Shown piece after piece: positions 38,987 through 51,825 of a stretch of 64,000 bases of DNA (positions within the stretch are counted from its first letter, which is position 1; every line of letters begins with the position of its first letter). Location: NCBI GenBank assembly GCA_051294905.1, contig CM119371.1, forward strand, positions 23,252,001-23,316,000. Direction: 5' to 3'. The notes under the pieces were generated by a model. It searched no databases and was not told the DNA's origin. It saw only the letters and a program-made list of their open reading frames with translations. This DNA is from Botryllus schlosseri (taxonomy: Eukaryota). Position numbers and translations under genes: made by a program.

Positions 38987-39248
38987 GTTTGTTTGTGATA
39001 TTCGTGGTGTTTTTCGACTACGATGGTAATTTACACCAATCCAATTTTACTCATTTTTATTCCGTAGCTGCCATCTTGTAGCCCACTTCTAAGCCTTATT
39101 AGACACCGCTTACACGGATGCTATGGTGAGGAGGAGCTTATATACACATCCGTACTTAGGTAGGAATTCTGGGGTCCACCTCGGTCAGACTCGAACCCTC
39201 AACCCATTAGTGTTGCGGCTGTGAAAGATACCACTACGCTATTTCGCC
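38987..39248 (-). mobile_element. Full-length tRNA-derived SINE (~260 bp)
   Basis: Minus strand starts GGCGAAATAGCGTAGTGGTA, has GGGTTCGAGTC and ends in (AAAC)n. Collinear with the 37277 copy. Confidence 0.75.
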
Positions 39249-40255
39249 AAAAAAAAACTATTTACTGACTACCTGTGATAAAAGTAGGGTTACATTCAAA
39301 ACGAACGGTGTTTTGGAACACTTACTTCAAAACATGTTTAAATAGTGTTTTAAACAATTGCATTTTTAAAACCATATTTGTGTTTTTTTGCAAACGTTGT
39401 ATAGTTATGCCATAACTTTCTAAAAACATGTGATATGAGCCTACGGACGATTTTCACCCAATATAGTCGACGTATACGATGTGGGGTGGCTGGAACTCTC
39501 GAAATCGTCGTCGATGCAACAGTTCTAGAAAGTAGATACAGATCATTGGTACGGAATGACTGTTCTGATGATGCTGACCGCCGACCGTAAAAATGCTGCA
39601 TAGCGATGTATATAGTCCGTGTTGAAGATATTTTTGGTATGTTTATGACAGCGGTCGGAAGTCCTTTTCGACAAAGAGCCATATCAACCCTATATTTTCG
39701 ATTGCCAACATCGATCCACTGTGACGTCACAACTGATTATCCGTCACGCGTCATTGCTAAATGAAAACAAAACAAAAAACTGTAAAAGACGTGTTTTACC
39801 AAAGGAATTTTTTAAATTTATTTCTGCTTTAATTGCAACCCTAGATATAAACTTTGCCGCAGTGATAAGTATATTAACACGACAACTAAAGTAATCTGGT
39901 ATTACCGTACTTCGTTCCTAAAATCGGACTTTTGACATTTTTCGATTGGGATATAATTGTACCACAATCCACATGTGTCGAATTCGTAGTAACTGTTTAG
40001 TGTTTGCCATATCGAGGCTGCTGAACTGTAGTTAAAGGACGATTATTGATTCTACGACGATGCCGCATAATCGTAACAATTTTAATATGATTTTGCTTGC
40101 TCCTAAGTGTCGAGACCTGATTCATTTTAATCGAGCAATCAGCGCCACTGCCTCAATCCTGTCCTACTCAACCAGTCCAGTCGCTTCTTCAATACACACC
40201 TCGCTCATCTCTTATTTTGAATATATGGCAGTTGGAATGATACAGCGCACCGCTT

Positions 40256-40554
40256 CAGTGACTCTCAAACGTTTTTAGACACGCCCACCTTTATGACAGT
40301 GAAATATTTCTCGCCCACCTTATCGTCATATCACCAAGTGCAACCAGAGTGCTAGCAATCCCAACGGATAGTTTGAAGGCATGGAAGGTTATGACTCTTG
40401 ATGTGAGCATTTTACAATATGAAATTCAAACTTTGAACAGAGCAAAAACCCTGCATTGGAGGTAAATCGCCCAAAGCGCGATAAATTTAGTCCGTTAACC
40501 GCAGCTTCTCGTCCCCTTCAGATACTTTCACGACCCCCAGTTTGAGGACCACTG
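40256..40554. mobile_element. ~300-bp hAT MITE (23308 family)
   Basis: CAGTGACTCTCAAAC ... GTTTGAGGACCACTG ends. Confidence 0.72.
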
Positions 40555-40590
40555 TCTTAGACTGAGGAAACTTTTATGGTAACTCAAAAC

Positions 40591-41328
40591 CAGTGGTTCT
40601 CAAACTTTTTGTCTTCGCGGACCCATTTTGGACTGTCAAGGACCCCCGCGGACCGTCCAAGATTTAGTTCAAATATAGTGTAACCGTCACCCGTGTTTGG
40701 CGAATATTTACGGTGGACTATAGTCACAAACACCAACAAAATGATTATTCTTGAAAATAACTTCACACTCTTTACGTGGAATGGGTAGACGGTAGCGAAT
40801 TCTGCATATGCATTTCTATGCATATGCAATACGTGGTTGTGTCTGGCGAATGGTATAATAACGGACAATGCTTCCGACGACGACCCCTTTGTGTATAATC
40901 GCAACATATATGCCGCCAAAATTAAGAAACAGATTTATTATTGAACGTAGAAGGTCCATCCTAATCATTTCTATGTAGAAGCTCATCTCGAAGTTGTTCA
41001 GGAATAGTCGTTTTGTATATCGCAGAAAAATATGGTTCTTTGCAAACATCTGAAGTCACGTTGATTGACTTTACCATTCCTACTTTTTTTATTAGTTCAC
41101 AAACCCCAACAAAACATCTCTTAACATCAATTTGTTTGTATCGGTAGGCTGTTGGCAATTTGACAATTAAAATGAGTTTCCACAGTAGGATATTTCATCT
41201 CAGACGGTCATTATGTTGATGTGAGCCATGAAGTTGTAGCAGTAATGAAGCGAAACTGCCTCCTAATTTCCCTATTTTGTAAAGTAAATAAAAATACGGT
41301 TCCGCGGATCCCCGGTTGAGAACCACTG
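40591..41328. mobile_element. Deleted relative of the 27443 element
   Basis: Same CAGTGGTTCTCAA TIRs and internal homology. TSD degenerate. Confidence 0.8.
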
Positions 41329-41581
41329 CCCCAAGCTATATGCCGTAATTCAAAATTCCAGTGCTGAAAAAGAAATACATTATGGAGCCGAGGTCACGAG
41401 GTATGCATGTGGCCCAGTATGTTGCGGTGAACTTTACAAGCTGCAGCGCATGATCGCTCGAATAACGTAGTTCCTGCAGATGCTCCAAAGGTTTGAAGCA
41501 TTTTCCATAACTATAGAAATATAGCAATCAATTCAACCGCAGAAAAGGTTTATTTGATATAATTAGGTCCTTATACTAGAG

Positions 41582-42506
41582 CAGTGGTCGGAAACCTATG
41601 GCTCGCGAGCCATATATGGCTCGTTTCGGTATAAGATATGGCTCTTTGACAAATATTTATTTGTGTACTGAATTGATCAATATTGCAGCGATTTGTTGGT
41701 AAATTTTCATCGTGGCGAGTATAATTATTCTCGTGGCAATATAAACATATCTTTGAGAGGTAAGTGTAAGTACAGTGTCGTCTTCAGGTTTAGGGACTCG
41801 AACCCCCTCTTTTCAAAATCATCAAATTTAAGTTACTGTCACGCCGACGGCCAATATCACTCGCGATTTCTATGTACCCGACTCGAGATCTTGAGTTATG
41901 CGACACGTCCATTAATCAAAGAGCATAGCATACATGGCGACGGCCATTTCAAAACGCAGTTTTCAAATACGCATCGTCTTCCTGATCTACGGCGCGAAAT
42001 GAACTGCTGCGGATGTCACAATTACAAACAGCGTCATAGCTATTCACGTTCTGGATTGGTAAGTATAGCTCTGTGTAGTAACGTGTAGTACCGGCGATAA
42101 AATGTAGGTGTGTAGCGCAACGTTATGTAACCGCCGAATATTTTGAAAATTGAGAAGTCGATTATTAGATTTTCAGAATCAGTGTGACAGTCACGTTCGA
42201 TTAATATCAGTTATAATAAATTCCACGCTACTTACGATGAATTACGTTATCAATGGTGAGGCTTGGCCCGTTTTATGCGTTACCTCTCGTTGCGAGCTCT
42301 ATTTTCGTACAATAAATACCAGTTTTTACATAAAAATATGGCGCACACGAGGAATCCCATGTAGTGAGTTCGAATTAGTGCTATCATGACGTCACGAATT
42401 TTCAATTGTGACGTAACGGTTGATTGGCATGTATGGCTGTTTGGAAGTTAAGATGGAAAAATAGGGCCAATATGGCTCTTCGGACAACAAAGGTTCCCGA
42501 CCACTG
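41582..42506. mobile_element. hAT MITE (TIR CAGTGGTCGG)
   Basis: TIRs CAGTGGTCGGAAACC / GGTTCCCGACCACTG and perfect TSD TACTAGAG. Confidence 0.9.
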
Positions 42507-43972
42507 TACTAGAGCACTGGCCTCAGATTCCATGCCGTACTCGATTTAATGCAAACGCTATATGGGGCTAGTCGGCATACATCTCGAACGACATAGCAAA
42601 GTCAGACCAGTAACAGCAACAATGGTATGCCAAAGAGACGCGACCAGCAGATGTAGACATTGATAGCTAATAATGGCTCATCCCGTAATCAACAAGCACC
42701 AGCAAATGCCCGCCGACTCACAGTTGTTTGAGTGTAGATATGGCAGTTCCGGACGTTAGGCACTGGCGAGGGAGCAGCACCGTAGTATATAGTGGTGGGA
42801 AAGATTACGTAATTATATGGATTCATGGGATTGGGAATGACCATCACGTATGCATGCTAGGTAGATGCTAGCTCTAATTTGTTTGCGTGGTTCGCGCTAC
42901 CACTCATTTATTGGATTTGAGTGAATGAAAAGGTGAGCAATCTGAGCATTGCTGGTATAATAGCATGTGATCAGTAGCGGGATAGCCAGACCTATTACCG
43001 ACCAATCGCGTAGCATACGGGCCTGCATCCGCAATCTCGTTCAGGCATCTGCTTTACCCCGCACGTCGAAGTTGGTGTTGAAACAATGACGTGGTGCTAC
43101 CGCAAATAGAACACTAGTGTGCTATAGTCAATGCGTAATCACAAATCGAGTATTCGCCGATTTTCCCCGTAAGAGTATAGGGTAGATAGTTCAGGTAGAC
43201 GGTAAACTTGGGTATATCATTTTGGCTCCTCTACCGTTGCAATCGATGTAAACGTGAGAAGCAAATCAGAAATTCAGTAGTGTAACGGCCCGGTCTTGGG
43301 AATGGAAATGCTTTATTGCGGAGCGTCACATGCAAACTTCAACGTATCGACACCACAACGTAAAACTGCTGACCAGCACGACGTCCAACATAGGGCATGA
43401 CCACAGCTAGGCGCTAACATAAATAATAAGGTGTACGTACAGTAGAACCAGGCCCGCCACATCAGCTGGCCTACCCCTAAACATAACACACAACACTCGT
43501 TGGGCATATCTCTTCGCTGCTGTTCTCGTGCGTTGCGACTTCGTGGTACCAGAGTGGCGAGATTGACTTATTTTAGAGGCAGTTGGTCCGCAGAAAATTG
43601 TTTGGCCCTTTGTTTTCTATATTTGTCCCTTTCTGGAAGCGGTTGGCACACACTCTCATACTAGCTATATAAATGAATGTCTTTCAGACATAGAGAACGA
43701 AAAGTATTATTTGGATGTTGTAGGCAGTGTTGTCATAGAATTTCACATTCGTTATGGGCCGATAATGATTCCTCATCATGACGCTTGAAAGCTTGTATTA
43801 CCGCTTCCAAGCAGGGTGTCCAGACAGCTTTTAAGAATATGGGTCAAACATTATCGGAAAAGGGGCCAAAAATGCCAAACTGGGTAAAAACACCCGAATT
43901 GTTCAATAAGGTTGTTAAACGACATATATTAATGGTAACAACGACATTAACCTTGCAATATTACCCGTAGGC

Positions 43973-46047
43973 TAGGGTTGCCATACGTCCGTAATTTCCC
44001 GGACATGTCCGTAATTTCACTGTTCAAGCTTGTTCCGGGAGGAATTTCTAAAATATGTCTGAATGTCCGGAATTTTGAAGGCTTGACGTAGGCTCGTAAT
44101 TTGTAAGTAAATCAACATAATAACATTATTTTGGGGAATTTTCAGGCTACATGTAATTTTTCTTCGCGCTACGCGCGATTTACTATCACCTTCATTGATT
44201 TTTATATGGGGATCTATGGCACCCTCGCAAAAGCTACAATAATATATAAATAAACAATAACCTTCATTTACTGAAATAAGCCTATTTGTGATCGCAATTA
44301 TAGGAGAATGGTATATTCCTAGAAATGGTTAAGGCCGTTTTAATGCTTGATTCAAAGATAGTGGTTCCAACGTGTGGGTCGTTTCTCTTTATTCTGGGGT
44401 TCGTGAAGATGGTAAACGTAATCAGCTTCAGAAATAGCCCGTGAGTAAGTCCGGGCAAAGGTGCTGACTTCTTTCAGTAATCACCTCGTCAAATTTTCAT
44501 CTGGGCCACGGAACATTTTCAAATTGGAGACGGAGTCACGACCATAATTGGTTGGAAGCCACTGTAAGAGGAGTGTTTATAAAGCTCCGTGGTGCGTGAC
44601 GGCATACGGCTAATAACAATCTTATCGGTGTGACATGAACAATGAACATGGGTTAACGATGTACAATTACGCTCCGATGTATTTTCGAAGTCATCATCCT
44701 CCACCAGCTCTACCGCTAACTCTCGTCATGTGGGCGGAGAGAGGATCAAACTATGTAGTAATATATGGAAGAAACAATCTTATTGACAGAATTCTTCAAA
44801 TAATGTAACGACCAGATGCATATAGCAAGCCCCCCTCCAGAACTTCCATCAATGACCCTATGGGGGCCAAATGCCATTGTTTATTTCGGCGGGAAGGGGC
44901 TTCAAAATGTGTTTTCGGTCCCGGTTTCACAACTCACAGCCACATACTTCTGAACCGGATCGTGACCGCCTCTGGTATATGACTGAATCGGGCTATATGA
45001 TCGGGAAATGCATATATATTGCTGTTTATTTTTATCCTCTCTCTGCTCGCGTAATCTGATTTACCGGTGTTTGAAAAGGTAGGACCCCTCAATAATAATT
45101 AAACATCTCCAGGTGTATACCCGTTGGCAGGGAACGAAACAGCACTTTGTCAGACCCCAAAAAAACTTGGGATCCTATAGCGTGATAAACCGGCCGCCCA
45201 TCACGTTGTTCGCTTTTGCCACGAAAACATAGTTTTATTGTTTAGCGATCCAGCGCGAAGCGCGAAAGTTGTCGATCGGGAATTGCATATATATTGTTAT
45301 CAGTTTCTTGTCCTCTCTGCTCACGTAATCAGATTTTCCGGCAGAGCTGAGTGAGGAGTCTTTGAAACTGTAGAGTCCCCAAATAATAATAATTAAACAT
45401 CTTTGGGCCGGCGGACCCGTTGGTATGACTGCGTTACGTGATGCGATTTAGTGAACTCCTGTCTGCTATATTAAAAAATATAGAATCGCGCAAACGTACT
45501 AAACTAAAAGATCAAACGATTTCAAATTGGTATTTCTTCACTGGCATATAAATTGTCCCTGTGGGATTGTATTTGTCTCGTGAGAGTCAGATTGCCTTGA
45601 CAGGAACATTCGGAGCCAGTCATTTAGGTGCCAATGGACAATTGAACCTATATGTATTTTGTATATATAACGAAGTTTTCGGTCAGCATAAGGGGGCAGT
45701 CCTTTTCGGCCAAATTTAACTCGCCGCCGATCGTTCTGGCACACTTCTTGGAGTCGCATGTTACATGGCCCTAAACTTTAAATGTCTTGGTACGTCGTGG
45801 CGCGGTAATGGCCAACGCCGATATGCCAATTTCTATAAATCTTGCGTACTTTTTCTTGGGGGAAGAGTACCCAATAATCAAGATATTTGGGAGCCTGAAA
45901 TCGCACCTAGCTCGAAAACTGTTTGAAAAATTTGCATCTTTTCAAAAATACTCTATAATTTATGCTAATTCACGAAATAATATTGGGCCCCCTTCAAGTT
46001 CGCCCCCCCCCAATTGGGGGGTGCGGTGGAGTGCAGCAACGGCCCTC
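43973..46047. mobile_element. hAT-like TAGGGTTGCCA element end followed by an inverted copy of the 11001 family
   Basis: 43973-44900 matches 6250-7010 (reverse complement). ~44980-46047 is the reverse complement of ~11001-12090. Confidence 0.72.
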
Positions 46048-47436
46048 ATTGAAACAATGCAAACTCAAATATCAAACCCAACCCTTATTATCGGAAGAAG
46101 GCCTACTTATGCCCCCTTGGACTTAGCATGTGGTATCTGTCCATGCACATTTCACTTTACTTATTGATTCGGGGGTGACATATTCATAGTAAAAAGTACT
46201 GATCCGACTCCGGCCGTATCAGAAAAAGTACTGATCCGGCTCCGGCCTTAAATGAGAAAATCCGGTCGGAAATCCAATTCGGCTCTGTTCCATGCTCCGC
46301 CCTACTGATTAAATCCTACTTGAGTGCTCCGAAAAGGTAGAAGTACTTCGTCAGAGACTCGGTCTGTACGACTGTGGGTGTCGCTATAAAGTATTATGGT
46401 AGTTTTCAGGTGCCGCAAGCCAAAAAAAGAACCGAGTGTGCCGCGAACAATTCTTCATTTTCAAAGGGTGCCGTTTAACGAAATATATTGTTGACGCCAT
46501 TGTAATGGTGATCAATAGGGAGTGTTGTGAACCTTACTTATTTCCTGAAGTGAAAACCCGATAAGACCTTCGTGAGTCGTCTATTTGTCGTGCGAATTAT
46601 AGATAAGAGATATAAATCGTACGATGTTTGGTGCATGTAATCTCTCGTGGCTATGATATATATAAGAAATTATACACATTCAATTCAATTGGTGATCGGA
46701 ATGATATTACGTCGTCGTACGTTGATTCAATAAAGTTGCAAGTCGTGGAGACGGAAACAAAACATTCTTCCGTGTGATTATCGAATACGTTTGCAATAGA
46801 CAGGCTTCGTGGTACGTCAGCCAACGAGCCAATCCACGGCGTGGATTGCCGGTCCGTTGAACGCAAGGGAACACTCAGCGAATCGTAAACGCAACATTCT
46901 GGAGTCAGATTATACAACTATAACATCTACAAACATTCGCTCTGCGTTATATGCCGCGAGGTCAAAAAGGTTGAGAAACACTGGACTAGTGTAATACAGA
47001 GCGGGTGCACACGTTCGAACAGGACCTGATTGGGTCAATCACCATCTACCCTTTATACTGCTAGGTTTCCCTTTAAAACAAAAATATATTTAAACCAACT
47101 ATCTTTATAGCAAGACCTTTGTTTAAAACATATTTGTTATTGTTTTTAAGACATGACGCCACGAATAATAAATTATGACGTCATAGTGCATTGACTTTGA
47201 CAATTGAAATACAGGGTAAATGTAGCTCTTTTTACGAAGTATATCTACGTTGAACCAACTATTTTGAGGTTTCCAACCATATCCCATATCATATGTGTCT
47301 GCTAGGTAGGATGGTAATTGTCTGTAGGATCATACAGCATGTATTTTGAAAAGTATTTACACAACTATGGCATAATATTGCAACTTGAATAAAACACAAT
47401 TTTTTTAATGGCCTTTGTTTAAAACACTGTTTAAAG

Positions 47437-48636
47437 CAGAGGTCTCAAACTCAAATGCGCTCGCGGGCCGGTTTTCCCGTTTTGACGACGCCGCGGGCCG
47501 CAGCACTTATAGGGATGTTTTATGTCTCTCCAAGTAGGCCTTATTTGGCGGGAATGAATTGTCCTATTGAAAGTGAGCCGATCCGGCAGACTGACAGTAA
47601 ACACACATCGTCAAAATGTGATTTACTCTTGTATCAATTTAGGCCTGGCACGAAAAGAATCATCACATTTATAACTATTTGAATAGAATTGTTGTTGTAC
47701 TTGATTTATAATAATTATAAGATATAGACACCATATGGGCGGACAAATGTATGATGCCATCATAAAAGCTATCGGGTTATAATTTTGCAGCTACTATGAA
47801 TGTTTTGAATTTAACAGATTGATAATAGAGACTGATCTGATATGAAAACATTTTTAGGTTGAGAATAATGTAATTCCAATCCAGGATTCGGGTGTACTTC
47901 TGATATGTAGGCTATTAATCTCATGGCCAAATATCCTCAAATACAGGAGCAGAATAAAATATAAATATATTAATGAATGTGTCTTACTGATTGAAATGTC
48001 GAAACGCCGAACGGCCCATTGTTGTTACATCGTTGGAGCGTACCACTACGGTACTCGGTACCTTGAAGTGGCCTTAGTTACATCTTTGGTCACTAAACCA
48101 TGTTATTAACAGATTGCCCATGGTTGCCATAACTACTTGCTTAGTTAGCGAAATACCAAGTTGCGACCTTCTGATCTATTACTACTCCACTGATACGCGA
48201 TTAGTTTGTTGCGTCCATGGTTCTAACAAATTCACTGCATTCCGAGTCAACTCGAGTCATTTTCCTTTTGCTATCGAGTTAGCCCGAGTCTGACTAATTC
48301 TAAGAAAAGTCGCGTCCAGTTCCAACTCACAAATTTCAGTCGCGAATCGTCTAACTCTAAGGGTCAGGTTTTGTCATCATGAATTAGAAATGTGGCGAAA
48401 TAGTGAATCTTCCCCTGCATGGTATAGCGTTTGCAATCGATGTGATAGTGAAGTTTGATGAATAATTTCAGGCTTTCGGAGCAATTTAAGAGGTAATTTT
48501 GACTTTATAACCTGAAAAGATATATGTGACACTTATATATTGTCAAATTATTAAAAATCTAAAATGTCGTCGCGGGCCGCACAAAGTGCTCTGGCGGGCC
48601 GCATGCGGCCCGCGGGCCGCGTGTTTGAGACCTCTG
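47437..48636. mobile_element. hAT (Charlie-like) non-autonomous element
   Basis: Perfect TIR CAGAGGTCTCAAAC, perfect TSD GTTTAAAG, GCGGGCCG subterminal repeats. Confidence 0.92.
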
Positions 48637-51078
48637 GTTTAAAGCAACCATTTATTTTCAATACAAGCCTACATACTACAAGACAGTCGCATTTTCATAT
48701 CGAAACATGATGACGTCTGTCTCCGTATTCTTCTCGTTATGATAGTATCCGTATTCTTCACGTTATGATAGTATAACGTTGGTAAGTGTGAGTGAGGGCC
48801 ACAAGAGTATTCTGCTTCGACGCAGCCAAGTTGAAATTTCGGAAAGAGCGATATTGCCAGCAACAAAGTCAGCGAATCACTGCTATAACATTCCTGTTTG
48901 TACTTTGCTGAACATTTTTCCGTCACCACTTGTGCTGCTGTGCAGAAGGGTCCCATTGTTCAAGCTAACGGGGTCGGTGTCGTAATTAAAGCATCGCTCT
49001 GTCTGCAGGCGATCACCCCGCAACACTCATGATTTGCTACAGTTACGATCTGCCTTCCAATTCGCTTGCTAACAATAATCGATTTTGCGATATTATTAGT
49101 GTTATTTTATCCGCAGTAAGATGTTTCCTGCGCCAGAGGAACGATATTTAGGTCGTGCTGCGACAATTTCCTCTTGCTTTGATGTATATAACGACTCCTC
49201 ATGATGATTTCGATCATTATACAACTAACATAAGCGATGTGAGAAGATACAGGTACTGAGATTATATTGTTTAATCACAGATAGGCAGTATCCTGGTAGT
49301 TGTATTCCTGTCGGAGCGGCGGAGCGGAATCGGGTTGTCCATATGCACGACTTACATAAATGGAGAGAGGAAGGGGAAGATGGTATTGCTTCGTCACATT
49401 GACTGCAATACTCACAGACGTTCTTACCGAAAGACTAAATGTTTTGTTGCTTGTTCAAACATTAACAAGATAGACCCGTGTTGAAGCATGACAGACCACA
49501 AAAGATTCAATCCGCATCATACTAATATATATATTTGAAGTTGTCTTTAGACACATCGCTTTCTTGAAACATAGCGTCAGCCACGTAAGGATCATTTTTA
49601 TTTTAAATTGGCACTAAACAGTGGCGATTTTTCATTCCTTATTCAAAAAGACAATAATTTCGTAGTGTGTATACTGCCTTTTGACTTTCTTATTCTTATG
49701 GAGGACTTTCACTCTTTTTCTTAGTCTTTCCACAACTCAGTGCCTTTTATTCTGGATATTTCAATTCACTGCAGTACCAGTGAAGTAGGACAGGAGGAGC
49801 CCAGAGACACCTCGCGCAGGCGGAAGACGGTTTTGAAACGGGATTCGAAACCACTGCCATTGGTATCGTGGCATCAGCGTTTTAACAGCTGCGCGCGGTA
49901 GTCGCTTCGCAATCCACCTATGAATACTTTACATCACCTGCAAATGGCTGTCGTACCCCAGTTAGATATGGCCTTTGTTCAGGAAACTAGTCTCGAAATG
50001 TGTTCTGCAACTTACACAAAAGATCGGTAAGTAGTGTCTTATGCAGCTGAACTTCCGCAACATTGGCATTAATCGTTGTAGCGGAATTACATATTTACTG
50101 ACGTGGGAAGTTCGTGACGTTGTTTTTATTTACAATCGCTGCCACCACGTCTGGGTTAATGTATCACACTGGGTATGTTCCGCATCATATCCTCTCTGCG
50201 CCACTGTTTAGCAAACCAAAAATAAATTAGGATAAGGTTCTCTTGCTTTGAATCATGACGGAAAATTTAAACATACTACATCATTATAGTCTATAATTTT
50301 TGCAACCAACAGCAGGTTTAATTAACACTTCCGCCTTTCAACCCGAGGGACGAATGAGAGGACTTTCGCGCTTTGTGAAATAAAGGCTACGTTTGCAATT
50401 ATTTGCAAATGCAAAATGCAATGCAAATTTTGCATGCTGCTTTGCGCGCATCATTACATCACGCTGAAAATGCAAAGATTTTTATTACGCATGACACAAT
50501 CAAATTTCGACTGGACAATTATTTCTAACAATATTGGCAAATGCAGTGGGACTTGTCCTATGTGTCTGAGAACGTTCGCACGTTACCTCTGAAAAGCTCC
50601 GTCAAAGCCTGATGAGGAAAAATTGCATCAACTGATTGTATGCGTATGAATATTGAGTGTTGTAATCGATCGTAAGATTTGTCAATATTGCGTTATCCGG
50701 AGTAAAACGATACCTTCGCTTCCGACACGTTATTCCACTAGGGCTTCGCTTATTTCCTCTGTATCCGATAATATCCGTCTGTTGGAATAAGTGTATTTCC
50801 GTTACTTCACGGAGATCTGCGAAGCAAGCATGTACGAGATGTTATCTTGTATTCCGATATCTGCTTGATTACCAATAGTATATATATTTCGAATATAAGA
50901 TAACTTCAGACAGAGCTGGCTACGCCATACTACTATTACAACACCATAGTACTGCCACTACTAAGTATAGTGATTGCTTGATGATATCAACGACAGAGAC
51001 TCAAATCGTATTCAGCAGATTTAATTAATTTGTATTGAATGTTTATGTTGTTTATCGCCCATAGCTCAGATAACCACA

Positions 51079-51172
51079 ATGTATGCTAATGAAGGTGTTT
51101 GGAGATCTATTTTGTTGCAAGGCAAGTATATACTAATATTATTTCGCAATTTCTTCCCTATATTGTTTATTC
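51079..51172 (+). CDS. Candidate first coding exon of the carbonic anhydrase (signal-peptide N-terminus)
   Basis: ATG 51079 is open to a GTAAGT donor at 51173 in phase 1. Splicing to 51826 gives ...[21 protein letters not shown]. Alternative: unspliced in-frame ATG at 51780. Confidence 0.4.
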
Positions 51173-51825
51173 GTAAGTTAGTCTTATTTGGATATGCTTT
51201 GAGCATCAATTCGAATTGAACCCTGGAGTTAATTACTATTCTTCGACAACGAGAAATATTTCTCATGTGAATGCCACGGCAAATAGTCCTATCTACCGGT
51301 CAGTGCCTAACCCCTTTGATCTGATAAATAAATTGAATAAAAAAACAGAAAAAAAATCCCGAACATGAGACGTTCTGCGGATATTATTCCCTGACTATAT
51401 GAATGCTTGAAGCTTGTGATTACCACTGTCGATAAAATGTGTCGTGATATTCTTGATGGGGAAAGATCTAGTTCAATCTGCGTGAGCGTTCCCGATGCGT
51501 GGAAGTGCGGATTGGTCACAACTCTAGTTCTTCTCGCAATAGTCTGCGAACATATTTGACCTAAATTCGTTCCTAAAATATAATGTACTTTCAAATGGAA
51601 AATTCGAATGTTATTTTGGCTGTTTAATACGAAGTCATATTCTGATTATATTCAGCATCTTCACAACACAAATATAAAATTCAAGCCATTATATGGACAT
51701 CTCTGTACCAGAATGCAGTGACTTACCGTGCTTTTTCAAGTGTTCATATAGTGTTTCGACTGCTTTAGTCATTACCACCATGTCTATATTCTTCATTATG
51801 ATTTATGAGCGCGTCTCTATTTCAG

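Noticed and set aside
50580..50625. GAAA...CTGATGAG, a possible second hammerhead
   Set aside because: Stems I-III cannot be formed convincingly.
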